DNA of 64,000 nt from Candidatus Krakonobacterium acarorum. Its GTDB lineage: Bacteria > Bacteroidota > Bacteroidia > SolTP2. The notes below the pieces were generated by a model. It did not search any database, was not told where the DNA came from, and saw only the letters and a list, made by a program, of their open reading frames with translations. Position 1 is the first letter of the stretch. Each line of letters begins with the position of its first letter. The translations under genes and the position numbers were made by a program. The stretch is taken from positions 329,646-393,645 of the forward strand of contig JBNOKO010000001.1 in assembly GCA_050311575.1 (NCBI GenBank), read 5' to 3'. This document shows positions 9,354-19,020 of the stretch, piece by piece.

Positions 9354-12300
9354 GTGAGAACATTTTTCTTAAAATTGATTTTAGTATTATTAGTCAACAT
9401 CTATACTATCAATATTGGAATATTTGCCCAAGAGAACCCAGGCAATTCTGGCAACATGGCTCAGCAATCTGGTTTAATTGTTAACGACGATCAAGAAAAA
9501 ATCCATGAAGAGATTTCATACGATAGTAAAAAAAATAGTTATATAATAACGCGAAAAATTGGCGATACACCAATAGGAGCCCCTCGATACATGTCTTTTG
9601 AAGAATATTCAAATTACGAGCTAAAAAATTCTAAAACTAAATATTGGAACCAAAAAAATGGCCAAACCTCTGTATCCCAGGATAAAAGCATAATTCCATC
9701 TATATATGTCGATAGTGAAGTTTTCTCCAATATTTTCGGCAGTAAATCTATACAATTTACAACAGAAGGTTTATTAGAAGGCGGCCTTTCAGGGAATATA
9801 AGCAAAACTGATAATTCTCAATTAACAGAAAACCAGCAATCGCAATTTGGCATTGACTTTAACCAGTTAATGCAATTTAATCTTACAGGTCATATTGGAA
9901 ACAAGTTAAAAGTTCAAACTAATTTTAACTCGCAATCTCAGTTCGATTTTGAAAACCAGATAAAATTTGACTATACAGGTACGGAAGACGAAATAATACA
10001 GAAAATAGAATTGGGTAATGTTAGTATGCCCATTGGAGGAACATTAATTAAAGGATCTCAGAATCTTTTCGGTATAAAGACAAAGTTAAAATTTGGGAAA
10101 CTAGATGTAACCGCTGCCTTTTCGCAACAAAAAAGCCAAACTAGTGAAATAAACATAATAAATGGTGGTAAAGAAAATGAATTTAATATTAGAGCAATAA
10201 ACTACGATGCGAATAGACACTATTTTTTAGCTAATTTCTTTAGAGAACGTTACGAACATGCGATTCAATATAGACCTAACATAAATTCGCCTGTAACAAT
10301 TACGAAAATAGAAGTATGGGTAACAAATAAAAAAAATTATAACTCTGGATCGAGAAATATAATTGCTCTACTAGATTTAGCAGAAAATAAGCCATATAAT
10401 ACAAAAATTACTCCAGGTAAAGCCCAAAATCCATCAGCATTTAAAGATGTTTTTCTAACTCCACAATCTAATAATTTGCTTGACTTGTTAGCTGCACATC
10501 CCGAAATACGTGATCCATATGATCAAACAAATGCTATATTTAAATTTTTCGAAAATAGTTTTACAGCCGATAGTAAACCGATAACACCATCAGATAACTA
10601 CGCTAAAATAACCTATGCATTAAAATTAAATGACAAAGACTTTTATTTGGATCCTAAACTAGGTTATATATCGCTAAGTCAGCCTTTAAACAATGACGAA
10701 GTATTGGCTGTAGCTTATAGATATATAATGAATGGACAAGAATATCAAGTTGGTGAATTTGCAACCGATCTTCCTTTAGAAGACGATACCCCAGGGATTT
10801 TATTTGTTAAGCTATTAAAAAATGAACTTACAAGCACTTACCTGCCAACATGGAACCTAATGATGAAAAATATATATAGCTTAAATTCATTTCAGATAGA
10901 GAGAAAAGACTTTAGGTTAAATATTTTCAAATTGGATGAACAATCAGGTGTTGATCAAAATATTATGCCCGAGGGTTTATTAACCAAAGGGAAATTGTAC
11001 ATACAATTATTAGGCCTTGATAACTTAAATGCTCAAGACGGCGCTAGTCCGGACGGCGAATTTGACTTTATAGAAGGCGTAACAATAAACACAAGTAGAG
11101 GATTAATTATTTTTCCCGTATTAGAACCATTTGGCTCCGATTTAGCTAAACAGTTTGATCCTGGTGAGTCAGGTTTAATAAACAAATATACTTTTAAAGA
11201 GCTATATCTTGAGACTAAAGCCGATGCACAAAATAAGTATCCTAATAAAGATTTATACTCGATAAAAGGGTTTTATCAGTCATCTGTAGGAGCTGAATTT
11301 TATTTGAATGTAGTGAATATTTCGCCAGGTTCAGTACGCGTAACTATGGGCTCTATGGTATTAAAAGAAGGTTCTGACTATTCTGTAGATTATAATTTAG
11401 GAAGAGTCTTAATACTTAATGCGGCCCTGCTTAACTCGAATGTGCCAATAAAAATAGAAGTCGAAGGTTCAGAAGAATTTGGTCTACAATCTAAAAGCTT
11501 CTTTGGAAGTAGACTTGATTATAATCTAAGTGATAATTTAAAACTAGGCGCTACATTCTTAAACCTAAGCGAGAAACCGTTAATACAGAAGTTAGGGGTT
11601 GGCCAGGAAGCTGTGTCTAATAGTATATGGGGTTTGGATTTTAATTATAGTTTGCCTGCTTTATGGTTAGACAATGTAATACAAAAGCTACCATTTATTA
11701 ATGCACACGGAGGCTCACAAATAAGTTTGATAGGGGAATTTGCGCAGTTATTACCCGGGCATCCACGTGCATTGAACTACGCTGGCGATAAAGGTGTTGC
11801 CTATTTAGATGATTTTGAAAGCGTAAAATCTGATATAGATCTAAGGTCTTTTTCAACTTGGTCGATATCTAGCACACCACGAATGTTTCCTGAATCGGCC
11901 CTACAATCCAATCTGGAGTACGGTTATAATAGAGCTAAAATTGCTTTTTATAGTATAGACCCTATATTTTACAGTTCTTATAATATAGATCTGGCAAACC
12001 AGGTACAAGAATTATCAAACCACTATGTACGGTCTGTTAGTATACATGAAGTCTATCCTAACAAAGATCTATCTGTAGAATCGATTAACTTATTAACCAC
12101 TTTCGATATCGCCTATTACCCTAAAGATAGAGGCATGTATAATTTTACTACTACAGCGATTAACCCGGATGATACCTTACAAAATCCGGAAAGGCGTTGG
12201 GGCGGGATTATGAGGCGTATCGACCAAAATGACTTTGATGCCCTTAATGTTGAGTATATAGATCTATGGGTGCTGGATCCTTTTATATATGATCCAAATG

Positions 12301-15300
12301 CAAAAGGAGGCAAAATGTATGTAGATCTAGGTACTATATCGGAAGATATACTAAAAGACGGTCTAAAAAGTGTAGAAAATGCGCTTCCCACAGATGGCGA
12401 CGAGAAAAATATTATAAAAACAGTATGGGGCAAAATTGGAAAGCTGCAACCTGTATCTAATAGCTTTGATAATAATCCTGAATCCAGAGCCAGGCAAGAT
12501 GTGGGGCTTAACGGACTAAGCTCATCAGAAGAGCGTGTATACTACGCGGACTTTTTACAAGCAATAAAAGCTAAATTAAATCTGGAGGCCTATGAGAAAA
12601 TATTAAGGGATCCTGCAGGTGACGACTTTGATTATTTCCGTTATCAAGGTAGAAGCGACAATAGAACCATATTGCAACGCTATAAAAACTTTAATGGGAT
12701 GGAAGGTAATTCTAAAACAACTGAGCAATCTATGCAAGCTTTCGGTTTGCCAAATGGAACTTCCACGCCTATACCTGATTCTGAGGACATTAACAAAGAC
12801 AATAGTATGAATACTGTAGATTCTTACTATGAATATGAGATAGACATAACACCAGAAGCATTAAGAAGAGAAACAGGAAAATACGTTAATGACGTTCGAG
12901 AGGTTAGCACTAAGTTACCAAACGGTAAAACAGAGATTGTCAGATGGATACAGCTACGTGTACCAATTTTAGATTATAAATCAAAAGTGGGAGATCCTAA
13001 AGATTTCAGAACTATAAAAACAATAAGGCTATTTTTAACTGATTTTAACCAAGATATAGTAATGCGTTTTGCAAGATTAGCATTAAATAGAAGCCAATGG
13101 CGGGTATATAACCCTGCAAATTTGCCTAAAGATCAAATAAAAGATCCTGAAGTACCGACATCAGTAATTGACGTATCTACAATATCACAAAGCGTTTTGA
13201 ATATTGAAGAAAATTCAGGTAGACAACCCATACCTTATCAACTTCCCCCAGGAATAGTTAGGCAAGAAGTAGAGACTTCATATGGAGTAAGAGTAAAGGA
13301 AAATGAGCAATCTGTAACTTTAAATGTAGAGAAACTATCGCCTGGATTTACTCGTGGTATTTATAAAATATTTAATTACGATGTTAGAAAATACAAAAAA
13401 TTAAAAATGTTTATACACGCCGAAGCACTCGGAGAGATAGCTTCTGTAGCTAATAACGAAGTGTCTGCGGTAATAAGATTAGCAAATGATTTTAACGATA
13501 ACTATTATGAATACGAGGTCCCTTTGAAAATAACGCCTTGGTATTCCAATTCGCAGTTAGAAATTTGGCCTGAAGTAAACAATATGGAGATAGATTTAAA
13601 AGCTCTTACTAAGCTAAAAATGGACAGAAATAATAGCGGAGCACAAACTACGGAAGTATATGCTAGAAAGCAGGGCAATGGAGTAATAGCTATAAAAGGG
13701 CAACCCGATTTGAGTAGGGTTAAAGTGATAATGTTAGGAGTTAAAAACCCTTATGCCAACAATAAGGGCACCAAAACGGTTTCAGTATGGTTTGACGAAT
13801 TGCGTTTGGTTGGTTTCGACGAAGAAGGTGGCTGGGCAGCAAATTTGAGTTTGAACCTACAATTAGCCGATATTGGTAATGTGACGGTATTAGGTAGCAG
13901 AAGTTCTTTTGGTTTTGGATCCCTGGATCGCAAAATCACAGATTTAAATATGACCGATAACACCTCATATGGGTTAGCTACAACTATGGAATTAGGTAAA
14001 TTATTGCCTGATTATTTAAAAGTATCTATACCTGCTCACGTAAGTTTCTACAAAAATATACAGGTACCTAAATATAGTCCGATATCTCCTGATTTGTTAT
14101 TGTCAGAAGTTATGGAAAATACAAATTTTGAGCAAAGAGACTCATTAGCAAGTATTGTAAATACCGTTAGCGAGCAAACCTCAGTTAGTTTAACTAACAT
14201 AAGAAAATTAGGGGGAGCAGGCGGTAAAAAAATATATTCACTAGAGAACTTTAGTCTTTCAATGTTTTATAATCATGCTTTAAACAGGTCATATATAATA
14301 GAAAATAATTTAGTTAAAACATTTGGCGGAGCCTTGGCATATAACTATCAAAGTGAGGACAAGCTGGAAATAAAACCTTTTGATAAGCTATTTAGTGAAA
14401 CCTCTAAAATGGCATATTTTAAAAATTTCAGCATTAAACCGCTGCCATCTAATTTAAGTTTTAGAGTTTTGATGAATAGACATTATAGCGAAAATACACT
14501 TAGAGCAACTGAAGGAACATCTATAATGCCTGGCTACACCTCTTATAGTAAAAATTTTGTTATAAATAAATCGTTGAATTTGTCATGGAATTTATTAAAA
14601 CCATTAAATATAAGTTTTACAGCTAACGATATAGCAGTAATTGATGAACCAAATGGACCTGTCAACAGTAGTGATAGAGAAGAAATAATTCGCAATTTAC
14701 TTAAACTAGGGCGCATTACGGATTATACTCATGATATAAGCGTAGCTTATCTGGTACCTGTAAATCAGATTCCAATACTAAGTTGGATAAATTTACCTCT
14801 TATATATAGGGCAGGATATAAGTGGAAAACCGAACCGTTAGTAACATTGAATAACGATCCACAAAATCGTTTTGGTAACATGATAGCTAATACCAGGGTA
14901 ATTCAAATATCGCCTCAACTTAACTTAAGTGCTCTTTATACAAAATTAGGGGTAAGGCGCAATTTATCTTATAGTCTGAATAATATGTTTAAATACTTGT
15001 TAACAGCCTTTACTAATATTTCTGCAAACTATAATTTAAATGAAGGTATTTATTTACCAGGGTATATGCCCAGAGCAAAGTTTTTAGGGGGAGATTTCAG
15101 CATAGGAGCTCCAGGATTTGGTTTTTTAATAGGAGATCAAACTGATATAAAGCAGTACGTATTAGAGAAAGGTTGGTTAGTCCCAAACAAAGATTTTAGT
15201 TCTAATTATACGAAACAATATGGAAATGAATTTAATTATAAAATATCTCTAGAGCCGTTGCCTCTGTTAAAAATGGATTTATATGGAAATAGAACACGCG

Positions 15301-16322
15301 TAAGAAATGAAGTCACTAGTTTTAAATATGATCCGGATATAGAAAAATTTGATACTTTTACACCATCTGAAACAGGATCATTTAGCGTATCTTGGGTATC
15401 TGTAAAATCAGCTTTTTTTTCCAGGTCTAAGTCTAGTAATGTCTCAGAAGCTTTTAGCAAGTTTAAGAATGCAAGAAAAGAAGTAGCTTTTCAGTTAGCA
15501 TCTAAAAATCCTAATTCTACAGGGCTGGATAAAGACGGATATCCTAAAGGTTATGGGCAAGTTTCCCAAGACGTCCTATTATATAGTTTCTTCAAAACAT
15601 ATTTAAATAAAGATGCTGGCTCGGATCTTTTCTCTAAAATACCACTGCCTAATTGGACCATTAGATATACAGGTTTAAATAGAATATTCGGACTATCACA
15701 AATACTACAGTCCATTAATATTAATCATAGCTACCGCTCGACCTATAACATAAATAACTTTAATTCATTAATTAATTATTCTGAAGATGAGCTTGGAAAC
15801 TCTAATGCTTTCGATATTAATCAAAATTTCTTACCGAAATATAGATTAACGAATATTGTAATGGCTGATGGTTTTACTCCTTTAATGGGTGTTAATATGC
15901 AATTTAAAAATAATATGTTGTTTAATGCTGAATACAGAAATTCCAGGACCGTCAACTTTAGCTTTAGTAATAATCAGATTGTCGAACAACATGATAACCA
16001 AATTATATTTGGAGTAGGTTATAAAACTGATTTACAATGGGTGCCTATCGAGCTGCTACAAAGGTTGAGGAACAATACAACATTTAAAATGGATTTCTCT
16101 ATAAGAGATTCTAACTTAACAATTTTTCAGTTGGAGACAGATGTTTCGCAAATACAAAATGGTTCTAATGTTTTTAGTCTTCGTCCTTCAGTTGATTTAT
16201 TGGTTGATAATAAGTACAATTTAGAATTGTTTTTCGAGCATAACGTGGTGCAGCCAGCAACAACCGGGGTTTATAAAACCTCTTACTCTCAATTTGGATT
16301 TAGAGCTCGTGTAGGTTTATAA
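9354..16322 (+). CDS. sprA: Type IX secretion system translocon SprA (Sov)
   Basis: 2322 aa with signal peptide; IIQKIELGNVSMP, LFGIKTKLKFG, WNLMMKNIY, RWGGIMR, VWFDELRL; position right after ruvA matches Bacteroidota synteny. Confidence 0.95.
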   Translation: MRTFFLKLILVLLVNIYTINIGIFAQENPGNSGNMAQQSGLIVNDDQEKIHEEISYDSKKNSYIITRKIGDTPIGAPRYMSFEEYSNYELKNSKTKYWNQKNGQTSVSQDKSIIPSIYVDSEVFSNIFGSKSIQFTTEGLLEGGLSGNISKTDNSQLTENQQSQFGIDFNQLMQFNLTGHIGNKLKVQTNFNSQSQFDFENQIKFDYTGTEDEIIQKIELGNVSMPIGGTLIKGSQNLFGIKTKLKFGKLDVTAAFSQQKSQTSEINIINGGKENEFNIRAINYDANRHYFLANFFRERYEHAIQYRPNINSPVTITKIEVWVTNKKNYNSGSRNIIALLDLAENKPYNTKITPGKAQNPSAFKDVFLTPQSNNLLDLLAAHPEIRDPYDQTNAIFKFFENSFTADSKPITPSDNYAKITYALKLNDKDFYLDPKLGYISLSQPLNNDEVLAVAYRYIMNGQEYQVGEFATDLPLEDDTPGILFVKLLKNELTSTYLPTWNLMMKNIYSLNSFQIERKDFRLNIFKLDEQSGVDQNIMPEGLLTKGKLYIQLLGLDNLNAQDGASPDGEFDFIEGVTINTSRGLIIFPVLEPFGSDLAKQFDPGESGLINKYTFKELYLETKADAQNKYPNKDLYSIKGFYQSSVGAEFYLNVVNISPGSVRVTMGSMVLKEGSDYSVDYNLGRVLILNAALLNSNVPIKIEVEGSEEFGLQSKSFFGSRLDYNLSDNLKLGATFLNLSEKPLIQKLGVGQEAVSNSIWGLDFNYSLPALWLDNVIQKLPFINAHGGSQISLIGEFAQLLPGHPRALNYAGDKGVAYLDDFESVKSDIDLRSFSTWSISSTPRMFPESALQSNLEYGYNRAKIAFYSIDPIFYSSYNIDLANQVQELSNHYVRSVSIHEVYPNKDLSVESINLLTTFDIAYYPKDRGMYNFTTTAINPDDTLQNPERRWGGIMRRIDQNDFDALNVEYIDLWVLDPFIYDPNAKGGKMYVDLGTISEDILKDGLKSVENALPTDGDEKNIIKTVWGKIGKLQPVSNSFDNNPESRARQDVGLNGLSSSEERVYYADFLQAIKAKLNLEAYEKILRDPAGDDFDYFRYQGRSDNRTILQRYKNFNGMEGNSKTTEQSMQAFGLPNGTSTPIPDSEDINKDNSMNTVDSYYEYEIDITPEALRRETGKYVNDVREVSTKLPNGKTEIVRWIQLRVPILDYKSKVGDPKDFRTIKTIRLFLTDFNQDIVMRFARLALNRSQWRVYNPANLPKDQIKDPEVPTSVIDVSTISQSVLNIEENSGRQPIPYQLPPGIVRQEVETSYGVRVKENEQSVTLNVEKLSPGFTRGIYKIFNYDVRKYKKLKMFIHAEALGEIASVANNEVSAVIRLANDFNDNYYEYEVPLKITPWYSNSQLEIWPEVNNMEIDLKALTKLKMDRNNSGAQTTEVYARKQGNGVIAIKGQPDLSRVKVIMLGVKNPYANNKGTKTVSVWFDELRLVGFDEEGGWAANLSLNLQLADIGNVTVLGSRSSFGFGSLDRKITDLNMTDNTSYGLATTMELGKLLPDYLKVSIPAHVSFYKNIQVPKYSPISPDLLLSEVMENTNFEQRDSLASIVNTVSEQTSVSLTNIRKLGGAGGKKIYSLENFSLSMFYNHALNRSYIIENNLVKTFGGALAYNYQSEDKLEIKPFDKLFSETSKMAYFKNFSIKPLPSNLSFRVLMNRHYSENTLRATEGTSIMPGYTSYSKNFVINKSLNLSWNLLKPLNISFTANDIAVIDEPNGPVNSSDREEIIRNLLKLGRITDYTHDISVAYLVPVNQIPILSWINLPLIYRAGYKWKTEPLVTLNNDPQNRFGNMIANTRVIQISPQLNLSALYTKLGVRRNLSYSLNNMFKYLLTAFTNISANYNLNEGIYLPGYMPRAKFLGGDFSIGAPGFGFLIGDQTDIKQYVLEKGWLVPNKDFSSNYTKQYGNEFNYKISLEPLPLLKMDLYGNRTRVRNEVTSFKYDPDIEKFDTFTPSETGSFSVSWVSVKSAFFSRSKSSNVSEAFSKFKNARKEVAFQLASKNPNSTGLDKDGYPKGYGQVSQDVLLYSFFKTYLNKDAGSDLFSKIPLPNWTIRYTGLNRIFGLSQILQSININHSYRSTYNINNFNSLINYSEDELGNSNAFDINQNFLPKYRLTNIVMADGFTPLMGVNMQFKNNMLFNAEYRNSRTVNFSFSNNQIVEQHDNQIIFGVGYKTDLQWVPIELLQRLRNNTTFKMDFSIRDSNLTIFQLETDVSQIQNGSNVFSLRPSVDLLVDNKYNLELFFEHNVVQPATTGVYKTSYSQFGFRARVGL

Positions 16323-16373
16323 TCCTAAATATTATAGTTAGTAGGAATAGTTTGCTAAAATAAATATGATTAA

Positions 16374-16430
16374 CACCTAAATAAATAAATAAAAATATTA
16401 TAAATATATTTTTATTTATTTATTTAGGTG
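16374..16430. repeat. Perfect 25-bp inverted repeat with 7-nt loop, containing TAAA microsatellite (hairpin/cruciform; possible sprA terminator)
   Basis: CACCTAAATAAATAAATAAAAATAT (16374-16398) / ATATTTTTATTTATTTATTTAGGTG (16406-16430). Confidence 0.85.
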
Positions 16431-16500
16431 AATTGTTATAATATAACTGGTAAATTTAACAATATAATTCATTCGTTTATTAATCGTTAAATAATTATTT

Positions 16501-18255
16501 ATGCAGTATAGTTTACTAAAAATCTTTTCATTAGTTTCTCTAACTCTGGGAATTACGCTTTATGGATGTAAAAAAGATTTTGATCAGGAAGCTGGTAGGG
16601 GAAGCGATCGGCAAGCCGGTAAAATTAAAGTTGAAATACCGACTGATAATTTTACTTCTGAGAAACCCTATAATCTTAACATAATTTATTTTGTTCCTAC
16701 TGATAAAGTAGTAAATCCAGATTATGAGAATCGTATAAGTGAAATTTTGCTGAATTTTCATGATTTTGTTGGCAAGTGGATGAATCATTGGGGTTATACA
16801 GGGAAGAATTTCGGCATGTTAACAGCGCCTGCGAAAAATGCTTATAATAAAAAGGTTAAAATAATTGTTTTGCACGGAAAATATGCTTCAAGCCATTATC
16901 CATACAATAATGGGGGTAGTAGAATTATACCAGAAGTAAATGAATTCTTTAAAGCTTATCCTAAGGAAAAAACAAGTGAACATACTTTAGTTATATCTCC
17001 GGAAAATTTCGACGTTACCAAACCAGGTACTCCTGCTCCGGGTGTACCATTTTATGGTATGAATGGTAATTGGGCATTTGTTTTAGATTTTAAAAATATG
17101 TCGTTAGGTTATAATTGTAGTAAGGAAAATTTACCGGGAAACGGATGGATAGGAGGGTTCTTACACGAATTAGGCCATGGCCTTGATTTACCGCATGTTG
17201 GAGAAACTAAATCTGAATTATCAAAATATGGCGTAGCATTAATGGGCTCAGGTAATGCTACTTACTGTAATTCGTCTACATTTATGACTAAAGCAACTTG
17301 CGCTATACTGTCAAACAATCAGCTGTTTGCAGATAAGAAAGGGGAATTCTATAAAGACGATAAAATATTAATTGATGGATTAATGTTTAAACGTCATGCG
17401 GTTAAAAATAATATTACTGCCGTTATTAGAATATCTGCAGGTGATGGCCTGGATAAAGTCCTATTCTACTTTATACCATCAAAACATAGTGAATATTACG
17501 CTCCGTCTGTGGTATCTAGTTTTGTAGTACAAAATAAGAATAAAAATAGCCTTCAGCATACTTTTCCAAATATAGCAGATTATAATAATGGTGCTAATAC
17601 CATTAACAATTACGCTATACCTATAAAAAATACATTCAAAGGTGCCGAGAATAATGATAAGTATAAATATGTATCCTTTGCCTATTTTGATACATACGAT
17701 TTTGGTGAAGCGAACGATACTTATAATATGTATGTAAGGGTTTTGTTTAAAAATGGTACGGTACGGTCCAACTATTATTACAATGTTTTTAAATTAGAAA
17801 ACGGTATTATAGATAAAATAAAACCGGTTGTGCCTGTGGATACTCATAATTTCTTGATAGAAAGTGTAGAAGCTGATTCTGAAGAATCCGATGGCCCTCT
17901 ATCTTATCTAACAGATGGTTTAATAGAAACCAAATGGCATTCTAAATACAGGCCAAAAATAGCTCCTTATCCTCATTTTGTTAATTTTACTTTCAAAAAA
18001 GGAATTAAGATAAAGAGTATATATCTAGCTCAAGGGAATAGACCTCCTAAACGATATGAATTATATAACATTGTTAATAATGACGGCAAAGAGCAATTTA
18101 TTAAAATCAAAGAAGGATCACTAGGACAGTACTTAAACCAAGTTATACTTTTAGACAGATCTATAAATACTAAAAAACTACAAATACGTTTTTTAGATTC
18201 CCATGATGGTGAACCTTATGCTTCTCTAAAAGAAGTGTGGTTTAGTGATCAATAG
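16501..18255 (+). CDS. Lipoprotein zinc metalloprotease (metzincin-like) with C-terminal discoidin/F5-8 type C (CBM32-like) domain
   Basis: Lipobox LYG-C followed by KKDFDQE; HELGHGLDLPH zinc motif; ALMGSGN Met-turn; C-terminal LTDGLIETKWHS...PYPHFVNF...ASLKEVWF pattern. Confidence 0.8.
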   Translation: MQYSLLKIFSLVSLTLGITLYGCKKDFDQEAGRGSDRQAGKIKVEIPTDNFTSEKPYNLNIIYFVPTDKVVNPDYENRISEILLNFHDFVGKWMNHWGYTGKNFGMLTAPAKNAYNKKVKIIVLHGKYASSHYPYNNGGSRIIPEVNEFFKAYPKEKTSEHTLVISPENFDVTKPGTPAPGVPFYGMNGNWAFVLDFKNMSLGYNCSKENLPGNGWIGGFLHELGHGLDLPHVGETKSELSKYGVALMGSGNATYCNSSTFMTKATCAILSNNQLFADKKGEFYKDDKILIDGLMFKRHAVKNNITAVIRISAGDGLDKVLFYFIPSKHSEYYAPSVVSSFVVQNKNKNSLQHTFPNIADYNNGANTINNYAIPIKNTFKGAENNDKYKYVSFAYFDTYDFGEANDTYNMYVRVLFKNGTVRSNYYYNVFKLENGIIDKIKPVVPVDTHNFLIESVEADSEESDGPLSYLTDGLIETKWHSKYRPKIAPYPHFVNFTFKKGIKIKSIYLAQGNRPPKRYELYNIVNNDGKEQFIKIKEGSLGQYLNQVILLDRSINTKKLQIRFLDSHDGEPYASLKEVWFSDQ

Positions 18256-18271
18256 ATTATGTGACTATTGC

Positions 18272-18319
18272 CTTATAATTTAATACTAGCCAATTATTTA
18301 TCCAAGGTTAAATTATAAG
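18272..18319. repeat. 12-bp inverted repeat with 24-nt spacer downstream of the protease gene
   Basis: CTTATAATTTAA (18272-18283) / TTAAATTATAAG (18308-18319). Confidence 0.6.
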
Positions 18320-18515
18320 TTTGTGGTTGATTATTAAAAAAAAATCTTTTGCAATATTAAATGGCATTTAATACTTATATATCACTAGTTATTAAGGAAT
18401 CTCAGTGCTTAAATATCTTTTAAAGTAATGGCCTAATTATTCTACGGCAGGCTATAGTATAAAATATTATTCTTGCTTATATTTAAATTTAATTGCTATT
18501 AATATATTAAAACAT

Positions 18516-18890
18516 ATGAAAGATTTATTTTTTACAGAGGATCACGAATGGTTAAAAAAGAGCGATGATGGTATATATACTATAGGTATAAGTGACCATG
18601 CTCAGAAGCAACTGGGAGATATTGTTTTTGTTGAACTACCTGAGACAAATAAAATTGTGCAACAGGGGGACGTATTTGGTTCTGTTGAATCTGTAAAGTC
18701 TGTCTCAGAACTGTATACTCCAATCAGCGGGGAAATAATCCAAATTAATAGTGAACTAGAATCCAACCCAGAACTAATTAATAGCGATGCTTATAAAACC
18801 GGTTGGATTATAAAAATTAAACCTTCTGATATTTCCGAATTAGATGAGTTAATGTCTAAAGAGGAATACGAAAGGTTTGTACAAGATTAG
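18516..18890 (+). CDS. gcvH: Glycine cleavage system H protein (lipoyl carrier)
   Basis: HEW, GISDHAQKQLGDIVFVELP, VESVKSVSELYTP (lipoyl Lys), NPELIN...GWI. Confidence 0.95.
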   Translation: MKDLFFTEDHEWLKKSDDGIYTIGISDHAQKQLGDIVFVELPETNKIVQQGDVFGSVESVKSVSELYTPISGEIIQINSELESNPELINSDAYKTGWIIKIKPSDISELDELMSKEEYERFVQD

Positions 18891-19020
18891 GTTAATAAAA
18901 ATCAGCTGGTAATAAATGCTACAAAAGATTTTAATTATAGTATTAGCATCATCTTTGTTGCTAACATCGTCATGTGGGGTTTTTAATAAGGGATGCGGGT
19001 GCCCCACTGTTAAATATTAA

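Noticed and set aside
16454-16481. Second dif-like half site ATTTAACAATA upstream of the protease
   Set aside because: Only one arm matches (9 of 11 positions) and there is no XerC arm at 6-bp spacing
18330-18515. Possible glycine riboswitch upstream of gcvH
   Set aside because: The conserved GGAGA, CCGAAG and CTCAGG aptamer elements are not present in order
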